Part shown: one piece after another, positions 18,649 to 29,371 of the stretch
How positions within the stretch are numbered: the stretch's first letter is position 1
Layout of the letters: every line of letters starts with the position of its first letter
DNA from: Pseudomonadota bacterium
GTDB taxonomy: Bacteria; Pseudomonadota; Alphaproteobacteria; Rickettsiales; SXRF01
Direction: 5' to 3'
Assembly (NCBI GenBank): GCA_028873275.1
Contig: JAGWLJ010000001.1
Location: 1-36,177 of the forward strand
DNA: 36,177 nucleotides
Translations under genes and position numbers: made by a program
The notes under the pieces: generated by a model
Databases searched by the model: none
What the model saw: only the letters and a program-made list of their open reading frames with translations
What the model was told of the DNA's origin: nothing

Positions 18649-19619
18649 TCAAACCCGCCATCGCAGGCAGCGCTCTGGACGCCCCCGACAAACTCGTATC
18701 CGCCGAAAAACTGTTCGGCTTCAAATGGCCGGGGCAGCTTCCCGCCTTCTCCGCGCGCGACGAGCATGTGCCGGAGATCGACCCCGACTATCATTTCGAG
18801 CCGGAGGCGACGCGCGCCATTCTTGCCGGTTTCGTGCATAACCGCCGCGTCATCGTGCAGGGCTATCACGGCACCGGCAAGTCGACGCATATCGAGCAGG
18901 TGGCGGCGCGTCTCAACTGGCCGATGGTGCGCGTCAACCTCGACAGCCATATCAGCCGCACCGACCTGGTGGGCCGCGATGTCATCAAACTGCAGGACGG
19001 CAAGCAGGTGACGCAGTTCCAGGAGGGCATCCTGCCCTGGGCGCTTTCCCGCCCGATGGCGCTGGTCTTCGACGAATACGATGCCGGCCGCCCGGACGTC
19101 ATGTTCGTCATCCAGCGCGTGCTGGAGGCGCATGGAAAATTTACTCTGCTCGACCAGAACCGCGTTATCACCCCTCACCCGTATTTCCGCCTGTTCGCCA
19201 CCTCGAACACGGTGGGGCTGGGCGATTCGACCGGGCTCTATCATGGCACGCAGCCCATCAACCAGGGGCAGATGGACCGCTGGAACATCGTCGCCAACCT
19301 GAATTACCTGCCGCCGGCGGAAGAGCTGAAAATCATCATGGCCAAGGTCAAGGAGATGGCCAGGGAGAAGGACAAGCTGCAAAGCATGATCGCCATGGCG
19401 AATCTCACCCGCGAGGGTTTCATGAACGGGGACATCTCCACCGTCATGTCGCCGCGCACCGTCCTCAACTGGGCGGAGAATGCCGGAATCTTCGGCGATG
19501 TTACCACCGCCTTCAAGCTAACCTTCTTCAACAAATGCGACGAGGCCGAGCGGCCAATTATCGCCGAGTATTACCAGCGGTGTTTTAACGTGGATATCCT
19601 GCAAAGCCCCTCGGCATGA
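18645..19619 (+). CDS. cobS: CobS-type AAA+ (MoxR-like) ATPase, the aerobic cobaltochelatase small subunit homologue.
   Basis: The start is trimmed to MIKPAIAG at 18645. Walker A is VQGYHGTGKSTHIEQ and Walker B is ALVFDEYDAGRPDV. FRLFATSNT is also present. Confidence 0.85.
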   Translation: MIKPAIAGSALDAPDKLVSAEKLFGFKWPGQLPAFSARDEHVPEIDPDYHFEPEATRAILAGFVHNRRVIVQGYHGTGKSTHIEQVAARLNWPMVRVNLDSHISRTDLVGRDVIKLQDGKQVTQFQEGILPWALSRPMALVFDEYDAGRPDVMFVIQRVLEAHGKFTLLDQNRVITPHPYFRLFATSNTVGLGDSTGLYHGTQPINQGQMDRWNIVANLNYLPPAEELKIIMAKVKEMAREKDKLQSMIAMANLTREGFMNGDISTVMSPRTVLNWAENAGIFGDVTTAFKLTFFNKCDEAERPIIAEYYQRCFNVDILQSPSA

Positions 19620-21202
19620 CCGAAGCCATGGAATATGACGTCGTCATCGTCGGGGCCGGGCCAGCCGGGCTGGCGGCGGCGATCCGGCTCAGGCAATTAT
19701 CGCAGGATATCAGCGTCTGCATTCTGGAAAAAGGCTCGGAGGTCGGCGCGCATATTCTCTCCGGCGCGGTGCTGGAACCGCGTGCGCTCAGCGAGCTGAT
19801 TCCCGACTGGAAGGAAAAAGGCGCGCCGGTGACGCAGGCCGTCACCGAGGACCGCTTTCTGCTGCTGACGAAAAAGCATGCGCTGCGCCTGCCGACGCCG
19901 CCGCAGATGAAGAATCACGGCAATTACATCATCAGCCTGGGCAATCTCTGCCGCTGGCTGGGCCAGGAGGCCGAAAGCATCGGCGTGCAGATATTCCCCG
20001 GCTTCCCCGCCGCCGACCTGCTGATAGAAAACGGCCGCGTCGCCGGCGTCATCACCGGCGAGTTCGGCCGCGCCAAAGACGGCCATGAAAAACCCGGCTA
20101 TCAGCCGGGCATCGCCGTCAAAGGCAAATATACCTTATTCGCCGAGGGATGCCGCGGCTCGCTGTCCGAACGCCTGATGAAGGAATTTGGGCTGCGCGAC
20201 GGCGTAAGCCCGCAGACCTACGGCATCGGCATCAAGGAGTTATGGGAAATCGACCCGGCAAAACATAAGCCCGGGCTGGTCATCCACAGCTTTGGCTGGC
20301 CGCTGGACAGCAAAACCTATGGCGGTTCATTCCTCTATCACAACGCCGCCAGCCAGATCGCCGTCGGCTTCGTGATCGGACTGGATTACGAGAACCCGCA
20401 TCTCGACCCGTTCATGGAATTCCAGCGCTTCAAGACGCACCCGGCCATCGCCCCGTATTTCGAGGATGGCAAGCGCATCTGCTACGGCGCGCGCGCCATC
20501 AACGAGGGCGGCTTCCAGTCCATCCCGAAGCTGACGTTCCCCGGCGGCGCGCTGATCGGCTGCGCGGCAGGCTTCGTCAACGTGCCCAAGGTCAAGGGCA
20601 GCCACAACGCCATGAAATCGGGCATGCTGGCGGCGGAGGCCATCGCCGCCTCAGCGCTCGAATCCTATCCCGAAAAACTCAAATCCAGCTGGATTCACGA
20701 CGAGCTGTATAAAGTCCGCAACATCCGCCCTGCCTTCCACAAAGGGCTTATCCCCGGCCTGCTCTATGCCGCCGTCGACACTTTTCTTTTTCGCGGCCGC
20801 GCGCCGTGGACATTCAGGAACCATGCCGACCATCTTCAGCTGCGTAAGACTTCGCAAAGCCCGAAAATCAGCTATTCCAGGCCCGACGGCAAGCTGACCT
20901 TCGACCGCATGTCATCGGTTTTTCTCTCCGCCACCAACCACGAGGAAGACCAGCCCTGCCACCTGAAGCTCAAGAATCCGGAGGTGCCGGTGGAGATCAA
21001 CCTGCCGCAATACGACGCGCCGGAGCAGCGCTATTGCCCGGCGGGTGTATATGAGATCGTGCGCGAGGCGAACAGCCCAAGGCTGCAGATCAACGCCCCC
21101 AACTGCGTGCACTGCAAGACCTGCGACATCAAGGACCCGACGCAGAACATCGTCTGGACCACGCCCGAAGGCGGCGGCGGCCCGAATTACTCGGGGATGT
21201 AG
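19616..21202 (+). CDS. Electron transfer flavoprotein-ubiquinone oxidoreductase (ETF-QO).
   Basis: 528 aa. The FAD motif is YDVVIVGAGPAGLAAAIRL. The C-terminal 4Fe-4S motif is YCPAGVYE...NCVHCKTCDIKDP...W..PEGGGGPNY. The ATG overlaps the cobS stop. Confidence 0.92.
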   Translation: MTEAMEYDVVIVGAGPAGLAAAIRLRQLSQDISVCILEKGSEVGAHILSGAVLEPRALSELIPDWKEKGAPVTQAVTEDRFLLLTKKHALRLPTPPQMKNHGNYIISLGNLCRWLGQEAESIGVQIFPGFPAADLLIENGRVAGVITGEFGRAKDGHEKPGYQPGIAVKGKYTLFAEGCRGSLSERLMKEFGLRDGVSPQTYGIGIKELWEIDPAKHKPGLVIHSFGWPLDSKTYGGSFLYHNAASQIAVGFVIGLDYENPHLDPFMEFQRFKTHPAIAPYFEDGKRICYGARAINEGGFQSIPKLTFPGGALIGCAAGFVNVPKVKGSHNAMKSGMLAAEAIAASALESYPEKLKSSWIHDELYKVRNIRPAFHKGLIPGLLYAAVDTFLFRGRAPWTFRNHADHLQLRKTSQSPKISYSRPDGKLTFDRMSSVFLSATNHEEDQPCHLKLKNPEVPVEINLPQYDAPEQRYCPAGVYEIVREANSPRLQINAPNCVHCKTCDIKDPTQNIVWTTPEGGGGPNYSGM

Positions 21203-21205
21203 CTT

Positions 21206-22021
21206 TTACGCATCGGCGTAATACTCCCGCGTGAATATACCGTATTTCTTGAGGCTGGCGCGGATGCGTTCAACGTTTTTCTGCGAGTGCATGCGGTTGC
21301 GCGGCTCTATCAGCTTGGCGGATTTTGGCACGCGCTGCCGGCCAAATAACCGGCCAACCATGCCGGGGTCGCGCACTACGTCCTCATAGCGCAGGATATC
21401 GATATGCTCGCGGCTTTCGTAATAGCGCTGGAGATATAAGTCATACAACTGAACAAATTTGTCGGTCTCATTGGTTTCAGCATCCATCACCGTCAACGCT
21501 TCCGGCCAGAAGCGGGCGATGCCGTGCGGATTACCCCTTCTGAGCGGCGGCTTTTCCATCGCCTGCCATGATGCCACCACATCCAGCGGATTACGGATAA
21601 CGGCTATAATTCTGAAATGATTAAACCGCACCAGCATCGGCAGCAATGCCGTGTAGAGCGTGTGGTGCTTCATGGCGAGAATGAATCCTTCCCTGAGGCC
21701 AGGTCGCGTAAAGCTGATGGGAAGCGGTTCGTTGGTGACATCATCCTTTGCCTGACGGGGATCATGCATGCCGTCGAGCAGCGGAACGCCGTCTTCGGCG
21801 CGCCAATCGGGGATGAATTCGCCGCGCATCAGCTGCAGGCGCTGCCAGAAGAAATCGCCGACCAGCCATTTGCAAAACGCGAGCCGGCTGGACATGCGGC
21901 GCGCATTTTCCAGATGCCAGTCAGGACTGTTGAGGCAGACGGATTGCGGAAGATGGTCGATTAATGCCGAAACCACCGTTGCCCCGGAACGCGGCAAGCC
22001 GGTGAGGATGACGTCCGTCAT
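21206..22021 (-). CDS. Sulfotransferase family protein (PAPS-dependent).
   Basis: 271 aa. The 5'-phosphosulfate binding loop is GLPRSGAT at the N-terminus and the 3'-phosphate binding motif is IRNPLDVVAS. Confidence 0.75.
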   Translation of the reverse strand: MTDVILTGLPRSGATVVSALIDHLPQSVCLNSPDWHLENARRMSSRLAFCKWLVGDFFWQRLQLMRGEFIPDWRAEDGVPLLDGMHDPRQAKDDVTNEPLPISFTRPGLREGFILAMKHHTLYTALLPMLVRFNHFRIIAVIRNPLDVVASWQAMEKPPLRRGNPHGIARFWPEALTVMDAETNETDKFVQLYDLYLQRYYESREHIDILRYEDVVRDPGMVGRLFGRQRVPKSAKLIEPRNRMHSQKNVERIRASLKKYGIFTREYYADA

Positions 22022-22027
22022 CCGGCG

Positions 22028-22216
22028 TCAGATGTTCTTGTAGGCGATCGGCAGCTTCGTGTTCTTGTCGATGACCAGGTTGCCGTCCTCGAAGGCGGCA
22101 GCGATATAACGTCCCACGCCGCGCATGATGAAAAGCACCGGCTTGACGGTTTTCCCATTGTATTTACGTAACTCCGTGACTTTGCCGCGGGCTTCCGGAT
22201 TATTTTTGCTGCTCAT
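22028..22216 (-). CDS. Small hypothetical protein (62 aa), 6 nt upstream of the sulfotransferase.
   Basis: MSSKNNPEARGKVTELRKYNGKTVKPVLFIMRGVGRYIAAAFEDGNLVIDKNTKLPIAYKNI. Third-position GC looks native and I recognise no motif. Confidence 0.55.
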   Translation of the reverse strand: MSSKNNPEARGKVTELRKYNGKTVKPVLFIMRGVGRYIAAAFEDGNLVIDKNTKLPIAYKNI

Positions 22217-22363
22217 AGTTCGCTACCGAATTGAAAAATCGTTTCAACATTAGAGGAATTTCCATTAATATAAGAGAGCCGTAAAAAATCAAGGCGTAAG
22301 TGTTCAATTCCTTATAAAATGAGCGTTTCAGTGACCCTTCTCAAGGCAGTATACCCCAATTCC

Positions 22364-24061
22364 ATGAAAATCCACCAGAAATTATGGCTGTGGGCGACCG
22401 CTGCCCTGCTTGCCGCCGCCCCTTTCCCGGCTCAGGCCGACGGTCAGATCAGCGCGGGCGATTACCTGTCCGGCCAGTTCGCCCGCGACAATGGCGATAT
22501 GGACAGCGCCATCCGCCGCCTCCAGCAGGTGCTGAAAGAGCAGCCGGGTAACACCATGGTCGCGGGCGAGCTGGAAGGCATGCTGCTGCTTGAGGGCCAT
22601 ATCAACGAAGCAACGGTAATGGCGGAAGAAATTCGCAAGCTCAATGCCAAAGATCCGCTTTCCGGGCTGGTGCTGGCGCTGCGTTCCATAAAGAATAATC
22701 AGCCGGAAGACGCGGCGAAAATCCTCGATGCCACGCAGGGCGGCTCGGCGCAGCTGTGGCTGCCGCTGGTCTCGGCCTGGCTGGATTTCGGCCGCCACAA
22801 GCTCGACAAGCCGCTGACCGTGGAGGGCCTGAGCGCCGATGTCGGCCATGCAAGGCCGCTGGCTTACTATCACCTGGCGCTGGTCAACGCCGCCGCCGGC
22901 TTCACGGACGCCGCCGCGCAGGATTTCAAAAACGCCGTCGAAGACCCGCGTTCTCCCTCGATGCGCGTCATGCGCATGCTGCTGGCGTTTTATGAAAAGA
23001 ACGGTCATCCGGCCGCTTTGACCCCCATCGTCGAAGCCTACCGCGACTCCCATCCCGGCAGCGATGAGCATACCGACACCGCCATCATCGCCACCGTGCA
23101 GGACGGGGTATCCGAGGTGCTGTTCTCCATGGGCGGCATCATGCTGGGCAGCGGCATGAGCAACGACGCCGCCATCTACCTGCAGCTGGCGCTTTTCCTG
23201 CGCCCGGATTTCCCGGAAGCGCAGATGGCCCTGGCCGATTCGTTCGCCGATCAGCAGGATTATGCCCGGGCCAATGATATCTATGGCAAGATTGCTGAGC
23301 AGAGCCCGTTGTACCGCAAGGCGCAGATGCACATCGCCGTCAACGAAGACCGCTCGGGAAAACTGAGTGACGCGCTGGAGCGGCTTGACCGCATGGCGCA
23401 GCGTTTTCCCGCTGACGCCGACGCCCTGATCACCCGGGGCGACCTGCTGCGCGTGCATGGCCGCTATGGCGATGCCGTTGACAGCTATACCCAGGCCATC
23501 AGCCGCATCCCCGAGCTGAAGAGCAATCAATGGCCGCTGCTGTTCGCGCGCGGCGCCTGCTATGAACGCATAGGCAAATGGCAGGAAGCTGAGAAGGATC
23601 TCCGGCAGGCGCTGGCCCTGCAGCCCGACGAGCCGGATGTGCTGAACTACCTGGCCTATGGCTGGCTGGAGCGCGGCGAATCGGTCTCCGAGGCCCGCGC
23701 CATGCTGGAGAAAGCCTTCCGCCAGCGTCCCGATGACGCACAGATCGCCGACAGCATGGGCTGGTCGCTGTATCTCTCGGGCAATTACGAGGAAGCGGCG
23801 CAATATATCGAAAAAGCAGTCGACCTGCTGCCCGGCGACCCCACGGTCAACGACCATCTGGGCGATGTGTACTGGCGGCTGGGGCATAAGACCGAGGCGC
23901 GCTACCAGTGGGAGCGTTCGCTGAATTCCTCGCCGGAAACCCGCCTGGCCGGGGATATCCAGAAAAAGCTCAAGGATGGCCTGCCGCCGATCCGGCTGGC
24001 CAATACGGTGACGCCGGTGGCCGAGAGCAAGCCGTCCATCAGCACGGACGCCACGCCATAA
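22364..24061 (+). CDS. Secreted tetratricopeptide (TPR) repeat protein.
   Basis: The start is trimmed to MKIHQKLWLWATAALLAAAPFPAQA/DG (signal peptide). There are multiple TPR-like units, for example YGDAVDSYTQAI, WQEAEKDLRQALALQPD and YEEAAQYIEKAVDLLPGD. It lies directly upstream of ispE. Confidence 0.8.
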   Translation: MKIHQKLWLWATAALLAAAPFPAQADGQISAGDYLSGQFARDNGDMDSAIRRLQQVLKEQPGNTMVAGELEGMLLLEGHINEATVMAEEIRKLNAKDPLSGLVLALRSIKNNQPEDAAKILDATQGGSAQLWLPLVSAWLDFGRHKLDKPLTVEGLSADVGHARPLAYYHLALVNAAAGFTDAAAQDFKNAVEDPRSPSMRVMRMLLAFYEKNGHPAALTPIVEAYRDSHPGSDEHTDTAIIATVQDGVSEVLFSMGGIMLGSGMSNDAAIYLQLALFLRPDFPEAQMALADSFADQQDYARANDIYGKIAEQSPLYRKAQMHIAVNEDRSGKLSDALERLDRMAQRFPADADALITRGDLLRVHGRYGDAVDSYTQAISRIPELKSNQWPLLFARGACYERIGKWQEAEKDLRQALALQPDEPDVLNYLAYGWLERGESVSEARAMLEKAFRQRPDDAQIADSMGWSLYLSGNYEEAAQYIEKAVDLLPGDPTVNDHLGDVYWRLGHKTEARYQWERSLNSSPETRLAGDIQKKLKDGLPPIRLANTVTPVAESKPSISTDATP

Positions 24062-24931
24062 ATGAGCGATCCCCTGCGTATCGCTGCCCCGGCGAAGCTC
24101 AATCTTTTCCTGCAGGTCACCGGCAGGCGCCCGGATAATTACCATCTGCTGGAAAGCCTGGTAGCCTTCACCGATTTCGGCGATACGCTGGAGATCCGCC
24201 CGGCGGATGACATCTCGCTCACCGTCGAAGGGCCGTTTTCCGCGCCGCTTCAGGATAGCGGGCAGAACCTGGTCATGCAGGCGGCGGAGCTGCTGCGGGC
24301 CGAGGCGGGGGTAAAAGACGGTGCGCAGATCGTGCTTTCCAAGCATATCCCCATCGCCGCCGGGCTGGGGGGCGGCTCGGCCGATGCGGCAGCGGCCCTG
24401 CGCGGCCTCAGGGCATTATGGAATATCGCCATCGATAATGAAGACCTGCACAGGCTGGCTCTCACCCTGGGTAGCGACGTGCCGGCCTGCCTGCTCTCGC
24501 AGCCATTATGGCTGCAGGGCACCGGCGACGAGGTTACGCCGGTGCCCATGCACGCCGAGGCATGGGCGGTGCTGGTCAATCCCGGCCTGCCACTGGCGAC
24601 GGCAGACGTATTCGGGCGCTTTTCCGGCGTTTTCGCCGCCGCTTCCGACGCGCCGGAAGCTATCGATTCGTTGGACGACCTGGCCATGCTGATCCAGCTT
24701 CGCCAGAACGCCCTGACGCCCGCCGCCGCCGCGCTGATGCCCGCGATCAACGACGTGCTGGCAGCGATCCGCAATTCTTCCGGCTGCCTGCTGGCGCGCA
24801 TGTCGGGCAGCGGCGCCACCTGCTTCGGCCTTTATGCCAGCGAGGCCAGCGCCAGGATGGCCGCCGAAACGATTCACGGCAAGCATCCCGGCTGGTGGTG
24901 CGTAAGCACGGGATTCCATGAAGCGCAATAA
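24062..24931 (+). CDS. ispE: 4-(cytidine 5'-diphospho)-2-C-methyl-D-erythritol kinase.
   Basis: 289 aa with APAKLNLFLQVTGRRPDNYH, the GHMP kinase motif IPIAAGLGGGSADAAA, and SGSGATCFG. Confidence 0.92.
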   Translation: MSDPLRIAAPAKLNLFLQVTGRRPDNYHLLESLVAFTDFGDTLEIRPADDISLTVEGPFSAPLQDSGQNLVMQAAELLRAEAGVKDGAQIVLSKHIPIAAGLGGGSADAAAALRGLRALWNIAIDNEDLHRLALTLGSDVPACLLSQPLWLQGTGDEVTPVPMHAEAWAVLVNPGLPLATADVFGRFSGVFAAASDAPEAIDSLDDLAMLIQLRQNALTPAAAALMPAINDVLAAIRNSSGCLLARMSGSGATCFGLYASEASARMAAETIHGKHPGWWCVSTGFHEAQ

Positions 24932-25331
24932 AATCCGCTACCAGAGCACACCCAAAAAGCGCGTGGTCATCACGCTGACCGGCAAGGTCCACCTGCAATA
25001 CGGCGACGAAGAGGCCATCGCCGTCGCGGGCAAGGGCGACCTGCTGCTGCATCCGCGCTGCGAGGCGCTGAGCGGCCCGCGCCTTGGCGATTACGGCAGC
25101 ACCGGCTATGCCGGGTATTTCAAGCTGGACGTGCATGATGGCAGCCAATGGCAGCCGGTCATCGTTAATGATATATTCCCGCAGTCGGAGCATCATTTTT
25201 CCAAGAGCGAATGCGCCATCGACACCGCGACGCTGTGCATGGAGATCCTGCGCGGGCTGGCCGGCACAGCGCTGCTGCGCACCTACCGCGAGCATTACGC
25301 TCCGGAGGACAGCGGGGAAGAGGCGGATTAG
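24918..25331 (+). CDS. Hypothetical protein (137 aa).
   Basis: High third-position GC and native codon usage throughout. It overlaps the ispE end by 14 nt. I recognise no motif. Confidence 0.5.
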   Translation: MKRNKIRYQSTPKKRVVITLTGKVHLQYGDEEAIAVAGKGDLLLHPRCEALSGPRLGDYGSTGYAGYFKLDVHDGSQWQPVIVNDIFPQSEHHFSKSECAIDTATLCMEILRGLAGTALLRTYREHYAPEDSGEEAD

Positions 25332-25344
25332 CTATTGCTTCAAT

Positions 25345-25373
25345 TTGCGTATTGCTCCCTGATGCCATATAAT
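25345..25373 (+). promoter_or_regulatory. Putative sigma70 promoter of glmM (TTGCGT-17 nt-TATAAT).
   Basis: TTGCGT at 25345-50, a 17-nt spacer, and a consensus TATAAT at 25368-73, 36 nt before the glmM ATG. Confidence 0.5.
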
Positions 25374-25409
25374 TTCTTTTAAAGTCCCAAATGATATAAA
25401 AGGACGTTC

Positions 25410-26754
<1,345 letters not shown>

Positions 26755-26762
<8 letters not shown>

Positions 26763-27591
26763 AGTCAAAGGCCGGGTGCTGATTATCGCCGGCTCCGATT
26801 CCGGTGGCGGGGCAGGAATTCAGGGAGATATCAAAACCGTCACCTGCCTCGGCGGTTATGCCGCCACCGCCATCACGGCGCTCACCGCACAGAATACGCA
26901 GGGCGTATTCGGCATCCATGACGTGCCGGAGGATTTCATCCGCCAGCAGATGATGCTGGTGCTGGAGGATATCGGCGCCGATGCCTTTAAAACCGGGATG
27001 CTGCATAAGGCCGGCGTGATCAAAACGGTAGCGGAGGTAATTGCTGATTACCCTTCCATTCCCCTCATCCTCGATCCCGTCATGATCGCCAAGGGCGGCG
27101 CGGCGCTGCTGGAGCCGGAGGCGATCGTCGCTCTGAAGGAACGGCTGATCCCGCTGGCCGCCGTCATCACTCCCAATATTCCTGAGGCCGAGCAGTTATC
27201 CGGCATACGCATTCAGGGCGTCGACGACATGAAGCGCGCCGCCGAGCGTATCCTTGCATTCGGCTGTAAAGCGGTGCTGATCAAAGGCGGCCATCTGGAA
27301 GGCGATATGATTACCGATCTGCTGCTGGACGCTTCCGGCCAGAGCCGCACTTACACGCAGCCGCGGCTGCATACGCGCCACACGCACGGCACCGGCTGCG
27401 CGCTGGCTTCCGCCATCGCCACCGGGCAGGCGCAGGGCATGACGCTCGCCGATGCGGTGCGGCGGGCGCAGGATTACGTGCGGATGGCTATCGAAAACGC
27501 TCCGGGGCTGGGAAAAGGCCATGGCCCGCTCGGTCACGGCCACACGGTCAGGGTCCTTCAATCCCCGACGCCGCAAGCGGCGGCTGACTGA
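26755..27591 (+). CDS. thiD: Hydroxymethylpyrimidine / phosphomethylpyrimidine kinase.
   Basis: 278 aa with [37 protein letters not shown] and the GTGC..ASAIA motif. It overlaps the glmM stop. Confidence 0.9.
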
Positions 27592-28741
27592 GCTGCTGGA
27601 CATGCGTCAGGCCGGCCTCTCTCGGCTTCAGCCCCAGCTGCTGGACGAAAGAATGCGCAGGACGGCCCTGCTCCTGCAGGATGGGCTGCGCAATGGCCTG
27701 CGCCGACTGGATAGCTTCCGCCGCCTGCATGCCTGGCGTTATTTCCGGACGCCCTGACACGCGGCGCAGCTTGTTGAGAGCGGCACGGACAAACCCCTGC
27801 TTCTGCGGCTGCGGGTTGAGGTGATTATTGATGCCGGAGGCCTGACCTTCCACCGCAAATGCCAGTTCGGTGACGTTTACTTTCCCGCTGTTGATGTCCT
27901 GCGTCAGCTGCGCCAGCGGTAGGATTTCGGCCAGCCGCATGGTGGCTTTCTGCCGGTCGGCAAGATTGAGCTTGTCGAAATGCGCGCCGAATTCGGAAAG
28001 AACGACGTGGTCCAGTTCGGGATGCACTTTGGTATACACAGCGGCGATTTCCTCCGGGGAAATGATCTTTCCGGCTTCGTGGTTGCGCTTCAGGGTTTCG
28101 ATGCGGTCATGCGCCGTTTCTTTTTCGAGGCCGAGCGTCTTTTCGGCAACCCAGTGTATCGGCTGCTTGACGGTGAGATAGGCCATCAGCCCGACGGCGC
28201 CGCGCAGCAGCCCTCCTCCCAGCGCCTCCATGGAATGCCACATCGGCTCATGGGCGAACCCGAGCGTCAACCCTACCAACGCCAGGCCGGCCATGCTGGC
28301 GATAAAGGAAAGCGCCACGCCGAAATTGCGCTGCCGCTTGAGCTTCCCCACATGCTCGGAAATGACCTTGCTCTTGACGCTCTCGACATCGTCGGCGGTG
28401 ATCTGGTCGGCCGGCTTGCCCAGCTTGCTGCTCAGCTCCCTGGCATAAATGGAATCACGCAAATGAGCGATGCGCTTGTTGTAATCCATCTGCGTGAGGC
28501 CGGCGCTCAGCCCTGCCGTCAGCCCCATGGTCAGCAGCATGCCGGCGCCGGGCAGCATGGTGGCGGAAGCGCCGATGCCTTTCATGATCCCCGGGGCGGC
28601 AGGGGCGACAACCTCCTGCAGCGGCTGGGCGACGACATCGCTGACGCTGTGCAGCAGTGGCTTGGCCACGGCGTAAATGCCGCCGCGCCTGGCCTGGTAG
28701 CCAAGATTCACTGTCGCATCGTTGAGGTTCATGCCTAACAT
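27548..28741 (-). CDS. Hypothetical membrane protein (397 aa).
   Basis: Native GC-rich codon usage. The predicted hydrophobic segments are MLPGAGMLLTMGLTAGLSAGL, FGVALSFIASMAGLALVGLTLGF and LLRGAVGLMAYL. The tail is Gln/Pro-rich. I see no recognisable domain and no clear SD. The 3' end overlaps thiD by 44 nt. Confidence 0.6.
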   Translation of the reverse strand: MLGMNLNDATVNLGYQARRGGIYAVAKPLLHSVSDVVAQPLQEVVAPAAPGIMKGIGASATMLPGAGMLLTMGLTAGLSAGLTQMDYNKRIAHLRDSIYARELSSKLGKPADQITADDVESVKSKVISEHVGKLKRQRNFGVALSFIASMAGLALVGLTLGFAHEPMWHSMEALGGGLLRGAVGLMAYLTVKQPIHWVAEKTLGLEKETAHDRIETLKRNHEAGKIISPEEIAAVYTKVHPELDHVVLSEFGAHFDKLNLADRQKATMRLAEILPLAQLTQDINSGKVNVTELAFAVEGQASGINNHLNPQPQKQGFVRAALNKLRRVSGRPEITPGMQAAEAIQSAQAIAQPILQEQGRPAHSFVQQLGLKPREAGLTHVQQLSQPPLAASGIEGP

Positions 28742-28814
28742 ATCACACTGCCGTCATTTTCCTATTCTACAGGAAAACCGGGCGGGAAATGTGAAAGTTT
28801 TATGAAAATGAAGG

Positions 28815-29360
28815 TTATAGCTTCAGTGCTAGGTATTCGGCGGCATGGATGGCGTAATGGCGGGCCGAAATCGGTATAAATTCCTGTTCTTCAACGGTTA
28901 AATCGCGGAAATAGCGCGCGGGGCTGCCGGCCCAGAGCTGCCCTTTGGGCACCCGCTTGCCGGGGGTCACCAGCGCCCCGGCCGCCACCATGGCCCCGGA
29001 TTCGACCACCGCCCCGTCCATAATGGTGGCCCGCATGCCGACGAAGGAATCATCCTCCAGCGTGCAGCCGTGCAATAGCGCCGCATGGCCTATGGTCACC
29101 CCGGAGCCGATGAGGGTGGGCGCGGTTTTGCGCGTGACGTGAATAATGGTGCCGTCCTGGATGTTGGTACGGCTGCCGATGCGGACGATATTGACATCGG
29201 CGCGAATAATGCAGCCGAACCATACGCCGCATTCATCGCCGATCTCGACGTCGCCCACCACTACCGCACCGGGTGCAATAAAGGCTTTTTCCGAGATGCG
29301 CGGAAACACTTTCTCAGGCGCGTATTCGCCCTGGTAGGGAAAAATCAGGGGGCCGATCAT
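28815..29360 (-). CDS. Gamma-class carbonic anhydrase family / hexapeptide-repeat protein (YrdA/PaaY/CaiE-like).
   Basis: 181 aa. The left-handed beta-helix hexapeptide repeats read FIAPGAVVVGDVEIGDECGVWFGCIIRADVN.IRIGSRTNIQDG, with conserved His residues (IHV, GHAALLHG). Confidence 0.85.
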   Translation of the reverse strand: MIGPLIFPYQGEYAPEKVFPRISEKAFIAPGAVVVGDVEIGDECGVWFGCIIRADVNIVRIGSRTNIQDGTIIHVTRKTAPTLIGSGVTIGHAALLHGCTLEDDSFVGMRATIMDGAVVESGAMVAAGALVTPGKRVPKGQLWAGSPARYFRDLTVEEQEFIPISARHYAIHAAEYLALKL

Positions 29361-29371
29361 AGGCCTCTATT

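Noticed and set aside
18549-19382. 277-aa minus-strand ORF.
   Set aside because: It is antisense to cobS. The same logic applies to 29558..30415 (antisense to argC), 32625..33638 (antisense to the SPOR gene), 27980..28738 (antisense to the 397-aa gene), and 33852..34661 and 34836..35456 (antisense to the porin), and also to 34313..35140, an alternative frame on the porin strand.
22382-24346. 654-aa ORF on the minus strand.
   Set aside because: It is antisense to the TPR gene and the start of ispE. The translation is Arg/Gly/Ala-rich with no motifs, so it is a shadow ORF.
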